From: Thermoanaerobaculia bacterium
Lineage (GTDB): Bacteria; Acidobacteriota; Thermoanaerobaculia; UBA5066
NCBI GenBank assembly: GCA_022071945.1
Contig: JAJVIN010000019.1
Location: forward strand, 15,637-79,636
DNA: 64,000 nucleotides
Direction: 5' to 3'
Each line of letters starts with the position of its first letter. Positions within the stretch are counted from its first letter, which is position 1. Shown here in pieces: positions 1 through 9,106 of the stretch. The position numbers and the translations under genes were made by a program. The notes beneath the pieces are model-generated. The model made no database searches, was not told where the DNA came from, and saw only the letters and a program-made list of their open reading frames with translations.

Positions 1-110
1 CCGGCGAGGGGAGCGAGGAGACGGGGTGGGGTGTCCGCGTCCACGGGACAGTGCCCCCGCAAACGACGGTGGATGGTTCTCCCGTGTCCCTTTCCTACCA
101 GGCGCAGTTC

Positions 111-143
111 TACTTTACGTTTGGTAATCCCAAACGTAAAGTA
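111..143 (+). promoter_or_regulatory. 14-bp perfect inverted repeat (candidate operator) overlapping a sigma70-like promoter
   Basis: TACTTTACGTTTGG-taatc-CCAAACGTAAAGTA; TTTACG(114-119)-N17-TAAAGT(137-142) lies just before ATG 151, with no SD sequence. Confidence 0.7.
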
Positions 144-150
144 TGATTAC

Positions 151-1281
151 ATGATCGAACGGCGGTTCTGGCGGAAGCGGATCGAGGACGCCTGGAAGCA
201 GGCTCCCATCGTCTGGCTTGCGGGAGTCCGTCGCACAGGAAAGACGACGCTGGCGGGGATGCTGCGTCCTGAGCGGACGTTTCACGTCAACTGCGACCTG
301 CCAGCGTCGGGAGAGATGGTGCGGGATCCGGCTGTGTTCTTTCGGTCGTGCGGCAAGCCGATCGTCGTGTTCGACGAGATCCACCAGCTGAGCGACCCGA
401 GCCGGGTGCTGAAGATCGGGGCTGACCTCTTTCCGGATCTGCGCATCCTCGCGACGGGTTCCTCGACTCTCGCGGCAACGGCGAAGTTCAAGGACACGCT
501 GACCGGCCGGAAGCGAACGGTTCACCTGACTCCGGTGCTCTGGGACGAGCTTCCGGCATTCGGCGTGGCGCTGCAGAAGCGGCTTTTCCACGGAGGACTG
601 CCGCCCGCTCTGCTGCCGGAAACCAAGGATCCCGGGTTCTTTCGGGAGTGGCTCGACTCCTTTTTCGCTCGCGACGTCCAGCGGGTCTTTGCCATCAGGG
701 ACGTGAACCGGTTCAACGCCCTTCTGGAATACCTCCTCCGCCAGAGCGGCGGTCAGTTCGAGTTGACGCGGACGGCGGCCTCTCTCGGCATTTCGCGGCC
801 GACGGTCGACTCCTATCTGAGAGCGCTCGAGGTGACCCATGCCGTGACGCTGGTCCGGCCGTTTCACGGAGGAGGTCAGAGCGAGATCGTGCGGATGCCG
901 AAGATCTACGGCTTTGACACGGGCTTCGTCAGTTTCGCGCGGGGCTGGGATCCGCTTCGTCCCGAGGACCTGGGGATTCTCTGGCAGCACCTGGTCCTCG
1001 AGCACGTACAGGCGCGCTTCCCGGAAACTCCGCCGCTCTACTGGCGGGACAAGGCCGGACGGGAAATCGATTTCGTCCTTCCGAGGGATCGGGAGACCGT
1101 CGATGTCATCGAGTGCAAGTGGAACCCCGGCTCATTCGATGCCTCCGCCCTTAAGGTCTTCCGGGCGAGCTATCCGAAGGGAAGGAATTTCCTGGTCACG
1201 CCTTCGGGTGAGCCCGGTTACACGAGAGCATTCGGGGCCTACGAGGTCCGGATCTGCACGCCTTCTGAGCTGCACGTCTGA
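151..1281 (+). CDS. AAA_14 family ATPase with C-terminal DUF4143 / PD-(D/E)XK-like domain
   Basis: Walker A GVRRTGKTT, Walker B VVFDEIHQ, ATGSS, PKIYGFDTG, C-terminal EIDFV..VIECKW; start taken at MIERRFW. Confidence 0.85.
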   Translation: MIERRFWRKRIEDAWKQAPIVWLAGVRRTGKTTLAGMLRPERTFHVNCDLPASGEMVRDPAVFFRSCGKPIVVFDEIHQLSDPSRVLKIGADLFPDLRILATGSSTLAATAKFKDTLTGRKRTVHLTPVLWDELPAFGVALQKRLFHGGLPPALLPETKDPGFFREWLDSFFARDVQRVFAIRDVNRFNALLEYLLRQSGGQFELTRTAASLGISRPTVDSYLRALEVTHAVTLVRPFHGGGQSEIVRMPKIYGFDTGFVSFARGWDPLRPEDLGILWQHLVLEHVQARFPETPPLYWRDKAGREIDFVLPRDRETVDVIECKWNPGSFDASALKVFRASYPKGRNFLVTPSGEPGYTRAFGAYEVRICTPSELHV

Positions 1282-1354
1282 GCGCTGGCGGGTCCCTCGT
1301 CTGGCGGAAGAGGCTGGCTCCGGAGGTTCGCTCCCTGCCGGGCAAGCATGACTC

Positions 1355-1406
1355 CCCCTCGCCCCGCGTGAGCAAGGAGAGGGCCGCCGTGAGGCGGGGT
1401 GAGGGG
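1355..1406 (-). repeat. 52-bp REP-like element, inverted partner of 16886-16937
   Basis: Reverse complement CCCCTCACCCCGCCTCACGGCGGCCCTCTCCTTGCTCACGCGGGGCGAGGGG matches 16886-16937 at 48/52. Confidence 0.8.
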
Positions 1407-1519
1407 TGCCTCGACTGGCGCGCACGCGGCACAAGGCCCGGCACGGTGGGGGATGGGCGAATGGGTCGAGCCATGGCCGGGGAACCTCAAATGCAGGTAA
1501 GGGACTCGGAGACTCCTGC

Positions 1520-2253
1520 GGGGAGGACGCGAGCGCGTCACGGTCCGCAAGGAGCCACGACTCGACTTCGACGACCGCGACGCCGTAGAGCATGTTCGGG
1601 CGCTGAGGTTTGGACAGCCACGCTGACCTGAGGCTGGCAGGACACTCGGCGCGATCGAGATCCGTCAGGAGGAAGAAGGGCCTCTCGGCGGCGGCGTTGT
1701 TGAAGCCGTCAACGGACCTTTTGAGAAAGCCGGCGCCGCCGCGCCGGTAGACTCTGCCCACCGCAAAGTTCCCCACCTGCGGGCGGGAACCCTTGTTTTC
1801 GCTGATCTGCTCCACGAGGGTCTCGGTCATCCGCAGCGGGTCCCTCGTGTCGGCCTCGCCCGGGCGGCTCCGAACGAGCTGACCCCGGAATCGGACTCTC
1901 TCGAACCTGAGGACGGGCTTGCGTTCACCCCGATTCTGCTGGCCGATTCCGAGCCCGTAGCGCCACTCCGCGGCTCCGGAGGGGGAGGCCGCCACCGACA
2001 CATCGGTCTCCACCTCCGGGGTCCGGCGGGCGGCGAGGCATCTGACCCGGGAAACGCCGCCCCGCGATCGAATCGCGGTCTACAACCCGCCGCTCTCCTT
2101 GGCCAGATCCCTCAGGAAAAGCAACGAATCGAGCAGGTTGGATTTCCCAGAAGCGTTGGGTCCGACGAGGAACGCGCGGTCCCGCAGGCCGACATCGACG
2201 GCGAGGAAGTTCCTCCAGTTCTTCAAGACGAGGCGGGTCACCAACATCCGCAT
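1520..2253 (-). pseudogene. Decayed ABC/AAA_21-type ATPase fused by deletion to a DUF4276-like (TOPRIM-like) gene fragment
   Basis: MLVTRLVLKNWRNF..FLVGPNASGKSNLLDSLLFLRDL (Walker A); in-frame TAG at 2080-2082; continues RGGVSRVRCLAARR; switches near 1790 to GFNNAA..FFLLTDLDRAECP..VAVVEVESWLLADRDAL, then degenerates. Confidence 0.75.
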
Positions 2254-2753
2254 GCCACTCCGGGTCGAGCCGATTGAAATGATGATTGCCCCCTCAAGGT
2301 CTGTTCACGAGGCGCCGGCAGGGGTGCCAGGCTCCGGAAAGCAACGGTCCACCAAGCCCATCGTTCCAGGGACGTCGACCGCTTCCACCCTCTCATTGGG
2401 TACCCGCTTCGCCATAGTGGCGGCGAGAGGTCATGCCGAGGACACCCTCTACGGGTGCTTGCGACCGGTGGGTAAGCCAACGAGAGGCGAAGGAATGGAG
2501 AATGAGGGTGGAGGGACGGACACCATTTGTCCGTGGGGGCGCGCCATGATGTAGAGGTGATGAGGAAAGGCCCTTCCCGCCGGGGAACGAGGGTCATGCG
2601 CGGTCTTTGCGGAGCCGGAGCCGCCCGAAGCGGACCCCATCTTGGGCCTGCGGTTGGCGATCAGTCCGGGGGGCGAAGCGGTGGATGGACAATTGCGAGG
2701 TCGGCGCCGTGGAAAGCAACGAAACGAAACGAACCGCCCAACCTCACGAAGCA

Positions 2754-2783
2754 TTGATCCGAATCTGACCCAAGGCGTAGTAT
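2754..2783 (+). promoter_or_regulatory. Candidate sigma70 promoter of the HTH-cas operon
   Basis: TTGATC-N18-TAGTAT, preceded by short direct repeats AACGAAACGAAACGAAC at about 2718-2734. Confidence 0.45.
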
Positions 2784-2838
2784 GACCTGCAACTTTATGC
2801 CTTCTCTCATCGTGAGTTCGGCTCATGAGGGAGACCTG

Positions 2839-2997
2839 ATGCCAGGTGAGGTATCAGCCGTGAAGGAAGTGGTAGCGATCTTCAAGCTGGCCGAGAAGAA
2901 GGTCAACGCCGTTGCAGCGGCCGGCGGGAACCCCGCTCTCACGATCCGGAGGCGATGGCACATGAAGCGCACGGTGTGGTGGAGACGGAGGGCGTGA
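2839..2997 (+). CDS. Small excisionase-like (HTH_17/MerR-like) DNA-binding protein, 52 aa, possibly diverged
   Basis: SD GAGGGAG; MPGEVSAVKEVVAIFKLAEKKVNAVAAAGGNPALTIRRRWHMKR follows the HTH_17 pattern (T.KEVA..LKL.EKTVY..A..G.LPA.KI...WR); the TGA overlaps the cas3 ATG (TGATG). Confidence 0.6.
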   Translation: MPGEVSAVKEVVAIFKLAEKKVNAVAAAGGNPALTIRRRWHMKRTVWWRRRA

Positions 2998-5798
2998 TGG
3001 CGAGAAGCACCCAGGAGGAGTCGTTCTGCGACTTCTTTATGACGGCAACCGGTGGCTTCAAGCCCTACGGCTGGCAGAAGCTTGTCGCGCTCGATGGCTT
3101 TCCCGACGTGCTTGCGGTTCCAACGGGGCTCGGCAAGACAGAAGTCTCACTAGCGTGGGCATGGCGTCTTCTCATCGACAAAAAGGGCGAGCCGTTGCAC
3201 CTCGTTCTGTGTCTGCCGATGCGCAGTCTCGTAACGCAGACGGTGCGCCGCCTGAAGGGCTACTTCGACGCCCTCGGGGTAGCAAAGCCGGACCTCGATG
3301 TCGGCGTTCATCAGCTCATGGGCGGCGCGATCGAGGACGAGTGGGTTCGTCAGCCGGAGAGGCCGTGGGTGCTCGTAGGAACGCAAGACCAACTTCTGTC
3401 GCGAGCTCTCAATCGCGGCTACGCGGTGAGCCGCTTCGAATGGCCGGTTCACTTCGGTTTGCTCAACAACGACTGCCGTTGGCTGATCGACGAAGTCCAG
3501 CTCATGGGGCCAGGCCTCTGGACGACCGCGCAGCTCGATTGGATGCGCAGGAAGAGGTTCCCGCCGCTGAAGCCAACGCCAACGACGTGGATGAGCGCCA
3601 CCGTTGGCACCTTGTTCCTGAGCACCACGGATCGAGAGCGGGATGGCCTTGGCGAGCCGCCGGCCGAACAGGTGCAGTTCAAGGAGAGGCTGCACGGCAC
3701 GCTTAAGAACGACCATGCGCTCGAGTGGTGGCGGGACGCAAAGCGACCCGTCGAGTGGTGGCAACCCGAGGCTCGGGACGCGAAGAGCAGCGGAGCGAAG
3801 AAGAGAAGCGGGGCGAAGTCGGCGGCCATCACGCCCGAAGCCGTCGCCAGCGCCGTGCTGAAAGAACACACGGCCGGCACGCTCACGCTTGTCATCTGCA
3901 ACACCGTGGACATGGCGAGAGAAGTCTTCCGGGCGATGTCATCGGTGGATCACAAGGTTCTGCTGACTTCTCGTTTCAGGCGCGAAGATCGCGCCCTACA
4001 CGAGAAGAGACTCCTCGAGTTCGATGCAAAACGACGGACCGGCGACCTGCCTGAGAACGACCCCGGCCTCATCTGCGTGAGTACGCAGGTCATCGAAGCG
4101 GGAGTGGACATCTCTGCGCATCGCCTCTGGTCGGAACTCGCGCCGTGGCCGGCGATGCTCCAGCGTCTGGGGCGTCTCAACCGAAAGGGGGACGACCAGG
4201 AGGCTCGTGCCTGGATATGGGAAGCGCCGAAGGAAGGTGGAAACAAGGAGCTCAAGCGCACCGGGCCTTACGAAGCCGCCGACATCGACCTCGCAAGAAA
4301 GCTCGTCGACGCATTCGTTCCCCTCTCTCGAAGCAAGACGTTCTCGGCGGCCATCGACGCCCTGAACACGAGCAAGCACGATGAAGTGTTGAGGTCACTG
4401 CAGCCGAAGCCGAGCCCGATGCCACGGGCCCTCGATGTGCATGGTCTCTTCTCGACGGAGCGCGACGTCCACGGCGGGTTCACTGACGTCAGCGCCTTCG
4501 TGCGCGGCACCGATCCAGAAATCGATGTGACGGTGTTTTGGCGTGATTGGGCGGACGACATCCCTCCGCGAGGCGACGACCTCGACGGCCCCTTGCTGGA
4601 GCCCTCGAGGGAGGGATGCCCCGTGTCATTCGTTCACGTCCAGAAGATGCTCGAGAACAGCAAGAGCAAGGCTTGGCTCTGGAACGACGAGGCTGACCGC
4701 TGGGAGCGCGCGAACCATTGGGACATCCGGCCCGGCATGCTCGTGATGCTCAAGCGCGATGCCGGCGGGTACGACAGCGCCGAAGGCTGGACGGGTGACA
4801 AGGCAGACGTGCTCGCCGAAGTGCCGCGCGCCGGGCGCGGCGCGACGCTGCGGGACGATGTCTGGACGGAGGTCGGCTACTGGTCGAAGCTCGAAGACCA
4901 CCTGAAGGATGCACGAGGCGAGGCCGAGGCGCTTTGCGATGCGCTATCGCTGACGGGTGACACCAGGACGGCTGTCGTGGAAGCTTCAGGGCATCACGAC
5001 CTCGGCAAAGCGCATCCCCAGTGGCAGGCTGCATTGCCCGATCGTTCTGGAATCACGGACGCACTGTTCGCCAAGAGCCCGAGCGTCGTTGCCGCCGACG
5101 TGGTGGGCGACGTCGCCGCCGTTCGCGCGGAGTTCCGGAAACTTCGACCGAGAGCGCTTGAGCTTCCGGACGAAGCACGCCGACGCGGTCGCAAAGACCT
5201 TGTTCGCGTTCGTTGGGCCATCGACGACAAGCTCCGCGAGCCGGAACTGAAATCGCTGCGCGCCGTGGCTGGGGTTCGCTGGTCCGGCCACCTTCAATTC
5301 CGCCCTGGGCTGCGCCACGAGGTCGCTTCCGCACTGGCGATGTGGAGGAGGTACCGGGATAACGAGATGAAGCCATACCCGGCTCTCGCCGTCTACCTGG
5401 CGGCAGCGCACCACGGGAAGGTGCGCACCGTGTTGCGATCGACGACGGGCCGAGGCGACGATGTCTTCGGCGTGGGGAGCGAGCCGGGCACGCTCGTGAT
5501 CGGCACCGAGCATTGGCCCCTCGACTTCTCGATAGCGAAAGACGGCGCTGAGGGTCGTTGGGAAGGCAGCGAGTTTGTGCTGACCGGGCACGGCTGGACG
5601 GGCCTCGTCGCCGACCTGCTCGGACCGTGGCGCCCCGAAGAAAGGAGCGACGTGGGCGTCGTACCCGAGACGGAAACACGTCAACTTGGCCCGTTCGCAC
5701 TGGCGTACCTGGAAGCGCTCGTTCGCATCGCTGACTGGCGCGCCAGCGAGCAGCCGAGTGCGGGCATCAAGCCGAGCGAGGTGCGTGATGACCGCTGA
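2997..5798 (+). CDS. cas3: Type I-G CRISPR helicase/nuclease Cas3 (N-terminal SF2 helicase, C-terminal HD)
   Basis: VPTGLGKT, LPMRSLVTQ, DEVQ, MSAT, TQVIEAGVDIS, QRLGRLNR; HD motifs LEDH, HDLGKAH, RHEVAS, AHHGKVR, ADWRAS at the C-terminus, as in type I-G. Confidence 0.95.
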   Translation: MARSTQEESFCDFFMTATGGFKPYGWQKLVALDGFPDVLAVPTGLGKTEVSLAWAWRLLIDKKGEPLHLVLCLPMRSLVTQTVRRLKGYFDALGVAKPDLDVGVHQLMGGAIEDEWVRQPERPWVLVGTQDQLLSRALNRGYAVSRFEWPVHFGLLNNDCRWLIDEVQLMGPGLWTTAQLDWMRRKRFPPLKPTPTTWMSATVGTLFLSTTDRERDGLGEPPAEQVQFKERLHGTLKNDHALEWWRDAKRPVEWWQPEARDAKSSGAKKRSGAKSAAITPEAVASAVLKEHTAGTLTLVICNTVDMAREVFRAMSSVDHKVLLTSRFRREDRALHEKRLLEFDAKRRTGDLPENDPGLICVSTQVIEAGVDISAHRLWSELAPWPAMLQRLGRLNRKGDDQEARAWIWEAPKEGGNKELKRTGPYEAADIDLARKLVDAFVPLSRSKTFSAAIDALNTSKHDEVLRSLQPKPSPMPRALDVHGLFSTERDVHGGFTDVSAFVRGTDPEIDVTVFWRDWADDIPPRGDDLDGPLLEPSREGCPVSFVHVQKMLENSKSKAWLWNDEADRWERANHWDIRPGMLVMLKRDAGGYDSAEGWTGDKADVLAEVPRAGRGATLRDDVWTEVGYWSKLEDHLKDARGEAEALCDALSLTGDTRTAVVEASGHHDLGKAHPQWQAALPDRSGITDALFAKSPSVVAADVVGDVAAVRAEFRKLRPRALELPDEARRRGRKDLVRVRWAIDDKLREPELKSLRAVAGVRWSGHLQFRPGLRHEVASALAMWRRYRDNEMKPYPALAVYLAAAHHGKVRTVLRSTTGRGDDVFGVGSEPGTLVIGTEHWPLDFSIAKDGAEGRWEGSEFVLTGHGWTGLVADLLGPWRPEERSDVGVVPETETRQLGPFALAYLEALVRIADWRASEQPSAGIKPSEVRDDR

Positions 5799-7962
5799 AC
5801 TTCGGGTTCCGGCGCTGGCGCTGCCGGGACTCTTCCCCGACAGCCTTGGCAATTACCTCGCGTCGCTCGGTCTCCTTCGTGTGCTCAGCCGGAGGTGGCC
5901 GAGCACGCGCATAGCGTGGCGCGACGAGATATTGCAGGTAGTCGGAGGCCCGCAGACGCTCGATGATCTGCTCGACGAACTGGTGCGAATCGCGAGTACG
6001 CAGAGCAATTCTGACGAACAGCGTGAGTGGACCCAGTACGACAAGGCGTGGTCCGATGCGCAAAAGGAGGGCACCAAGGCCAAGTCCGGCACGCCTCTCG
6101 CGCGCTGGCAAGCGGAAGCGCAGGAGACCTACCTTCAGCTCTTCGCGGCGCATGCGGTGCCGCACGCTCGGGTGAGCTTCAATCCGCTACTTGGCAGTGG
6201 TGGCAACGCAGGCAGACGTGACTTCGCGGCGGGCTGGAAGCAGGCCGTCGATGCGCTCGCAGCTGCCCCGAAGCCGGCCAAGGGGCGCGGGAAGAAGAAG
6301 TCGGAGGCAGCAGCCGGTCATTCGGCATCCCCTGACGAGAGGCGAAGTGCGCTACGAGCATTCCTCCTTGGTGAGCCGATCGAGTGGCTGGTCGAGAAAC
6401 TCTCCGCAGGGTCGTGGTTCAGCGAGGCGACGAAGCTCTACAACAGTGGTCAGTCCCCTTCGCGCGAGGGGCAGGTTTCCCCCTGGGCGATGGTCCTTGC
6501 CTGCGAAGGTCTGCCGTTCCTCGCTGGCGGTGCGTCTCGAAGGCTTGGTACTCGCTGGCGAGCCGTCGGCGCATTCCCTTTCGTTACGCAATCAGTCGCG
6601 CCGGAAGTGACGGGCGAAGCAGGTCGAATCCTCGGTGAGATCTGGGCGCCCCTATGGCAGCGCCCGATGTCCCTCGCAGAAACGAGCATGCTGTTCTCGC
6701 GCGGACGGGCCGAGCTGCGCGGCCGTGGCGCCCTGACGCCGGCAGCGTTCGCTGCGGCGATTCTGGGGCGCGGCGTGGATGCGGGTGTCAGCGAGTTTCG
6801 TCGCTTCACGCTCGGTCGAACGACCAGCGCCAACACGTTCGAGCCCCGCATGGAGGCCCGCTTCTCGCTCGATACCGGCTCGGACTCGGCCGACGCGGTT
6901 TCGGTCACTCTCGAACGCATCACGGCGTTGATCGAACAGGGTGGCTTCCCTCGTGACCGGAAGGTGGGCCAACGCTGGCGTGTAGAGAGACTTCGAGGGC
7001 CCATCGAAGCGGCGCTCCTCGACGTAGCAGCAGAGCCGAATCGCGCCGAAGCGGGAATCGCGATGCTTGACGCCATCACGAATGCGCTGGATCGAATCGA
7101 CCGAAATCGAGAGTTCCGCAAACGCAAGATCCGCTGGGAGCCGCTTCCTCTCGACTGGCTGCCGTCGCTGTTCGCTGACCAGCAGCCCGGAGAGGAGGCA
7201 CGGCTCGCCTTGTCGCTCGTGTCGTCGTTCCCAGTCGCACAACCCTTTGCGACGTTCCGCTTCGGCGTCGAGTGGAAGTGGGGAGAGACATACGCCTACT
7301 ACACCCATGTAGAGCGCCCGCCTGCGCGTTGGGTTTGGGGCCCGGGCGAGCTTGCTCGCGTTCTCGGTGTCGTCCTCTCGCGCAGGCTGCTCGAGCAAGA
7401 GACCGAGGCGGACCGGGCAGCCCTTGGCCGCGCACCTCTCCCTGCGACGACCGCGCAGGTCCGGCGGTGGCTGGCGGGCGAAATCGACGAGTCGCTCTTC
7501 GCGGCATGGCTCTCGCGGCTCGCTCTCTTCGACTGGAGGCGGGTCCCGAAAGGATTGCGAAAGCTGGCCCCGCCGGAGCACCAAACTCCGCGAGCAGATG
7601 CCGGGTTGGCCCTGTATGGGCTCATTCAGCCGATTGTCGACCGGCGAGCCTTGATCATCCGAAACCTGACACCTCACGATCTGCTCGCCGATGAGGCCGG
7701 CGCTCGCACCACGAAGGCGGCGCGATCGCTGGTCACGCTGATACGTGCTGGCAGCCTCGATGCTGCTGTGCGACTTGCGGCCGCCCGCTACACGATGGCC
7801 GGTGCGCAACTCGCGTCCTTCGATGCGCCGTTCGGCACACACAACCCAGACCGCTTCGTCGCGGCCCTGCTGCTCACGATTTCGGACCGCGATCGGGCGG
7901 TCTTGTTCGAACGCTGGCTTCGTCCTCGACGCCGGCCAAAAGGAGGAGAAGTGAATGCCTGA
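5788..7962 (+). CDS. csx17: Type I-G large subunit Cas8g (Csx17/Cas8u2)
   Basis: PDSLGNYLASLGLLRVL, NPLLGSGGNAG, SPWAMVLACEG, EIWAPLW, GVDAGVSEFRRF; located between cas3 and csb1. Confidence 0.88.
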   Translation: MTAELRVPALALPGLFPDSLGNYLASLGLLRVLSRRWPSTRIAWRDEILQVVGGPQTLDDLLDELVRIASTQSNSDEQREWTQYDKAWSDAQKEGTKAKSGTPLARWQAEAQETYLQLFAAHAVPHARVSFNPLLGSGGNAGRRDFAAGWKQAVDALAAAPKPAKGRGKKKSEAAAGHSASPDERRSALRAFLLGEPIEWLVEKLSAGSWFSEATKLYNSGQSPSREGQVSPWAMVLACEGLPFLAGGASRRLGTRWRAVGAFPFVTQSVAPEVTGEAGRILGEIWAPLWQRPMSLAETSMLFSRGRAELRGRGALTPAAFAAAILGRGVDAGVSEFRRFTLGRTTSANTFEPRMEARFSLDTGSDSADAVSVTLERITALIEQGGFPRDRKVGQRWRVERLRGPIEAALLDVAAEPNRAEAGIAMLDAITNALDRIDRNREFRKRKIRWEPLPLDWLPSLFADQQPGEEARLALSLVSSFPVAQPFATFRFGVEWKWGETYAYYTHVERPPARWVWGPGELARVLGVVLSRRLLEQETEADRAALGRAPLPATTAQVRRWLAGEIDESLFAAWLSRLALFDWRRVPKGLRKLAPPEHQTPRADAGLALYGLIQPIVDRRALIIRNLTPHDLLADEAGARTTKAARSLVTLIRAGSLDAAVRLAAARYTMAGAQLASFDAPFGTHNPDRFVAALLLTISDRDRAVLFERWLRPRRRPKGGEVNA

Positions 7963-9106
7963 CATGAAGAACAAACTCACGCCATCCGAGGTCCTGAAGG
8001 GAGATTCGCCCCTCGTCCTGACGGCGACGCTCGAGCCCCTCCTCGGCGACCGGTTCCAGCCAGCCGCGTTCCCCGAGATCGGCCACGTCATCTACAAGGC
8101 GCCGCGAAAGGACGGGGGTACCGAAAACGTCTGCATTGTCGACAGCGCCGCGAGTATGGCCAACCACCTCGAGTCGGTCTGCCAGCGCGGCGCACACGAC
8201 CTCGACCTCGTGGAGGAGCTCGACGGGATGCCCTACATCCGCTGCGTCACGAATACCTCGGAGGGCCAGGAGCCCACGAAGAGCCGCGAGGTCGTCGTGA
8301 CGAGCCTCACCGAAGGACATCGCATCGCATCCTCGTACTTTGTCGAGGGCACTGTCCTGAGGGGAGACACTAGGGCAACGAAGAAGAGCAAGGACGGGAA
8401 GGACGAGCCGTTGACCCTCGAGCGTGAGCTCATCGACAAGTTTGGCATCGTCCTGCCCGGGAGCACGAAAGCGCATCCGCCGGCAGAGAAGTGGTGGAAC
8501 GTGTTCAAGACCATCTTCGAGGTAGATCCGAACTCGCTCGTCCACGGCGTACTCTTCCCCCAGTGGCAGATCAAGATCCCGCGATTGTTGACCGCGCACC
8601 TTGAGGCATTCGGTGCGGGCCGCGTCGATCGTTCGGGCGTGAAGTTCGATAAGGAACTGGGTCCGAAATCGGACAAGCGGGTCCAAGCGATCTTTTCTGT
8701 GGATGACGCGACGGCCACCAAGGTTCAAGCGACGTTCGTGCTGGATGTGAGCCTGCTCCGCTCGTTTGGGCGCAAGAAGAAGGACGGCGGCCAAGAGACA
8801 CAGCTCGGCCTGCCTGAGAAGCAACAGGAGTTTCTGGTCGCCCTCGCGCTATGGAAGATCCAGAGGCTCCTCAAATCGCCCTTCCGCTTCAGGTCCGGTT
8901 GTCACCTACGCCTCATGAAGCTCGAGAGCTGCGGCCAGGAAGTTGAGATCGATGTCGACATCAAGGCCGCGATCTCGGCGGCTGGCTTCGGCGAGCAACC
9001 CGTCACGGACGTATTCTGGCCGCGTGAGGACCTGTACCGGGAAGGCCAGGCTGAGGCTGCCAAGAGCGCAGGCGAAGAAGAGGCCCCGGAAGAGACCGAG
9101 GGATGA
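7955..9106 (+). CDS. csb1: Type I-G Cas7 (Csb1)
   Basis: RFQPAAFPEIG, IVDSAASMANHLE, EGHRIAS, DPNSLVHGV, RFRSGCHL. Confidence 0.9.
   Translation: MPDMKNKLTPSEVLKGDSPLVLTATLEPLLGDRFQPAAFPEIGHVIYKAPRKDGGTENVCIVDSAASMANHLESVCQRGAHDLDLVEELDGMPYIRCVTNTSEGQEPTKSREVVVTSLTEGHRIASSYFVEGTVLRGDTRATKKSKDGKDEPLTLERELIDKFGIVLPGSTKAHPPAEKWWNVFKTIFEVDPNSLVHGVLFPQWQIKIPRLLTAHLEAFGAGRVDRSGVKFDKELGPKSDKRVQAIFSVDDATATKVQATFVLDVSLLRSFGRKKKDGGQETQLGLPEKQQEFLVALALWKIQRLLKSPFRFRSGCHLRLMKLESCGQEVEIDVDIKAAISAAGFGEQPVTDVFWPREDLYREGQAEAAKSAGEEEAPEETEG

Noticed and set aside
2080-2082. Amber read-through or recoding in the ATPase gene
   Set aside because: The same gene also has a large deletion and truncation, and TAG is used as a normal stop elsewhere in the window
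2254-2750. ORFs 2099-2554, 2238-2597 and 2449-2826 upstream of the cas operon
   Set aside because: No recognisable motifs or coding-like composition; probably decayed intergenic DNA
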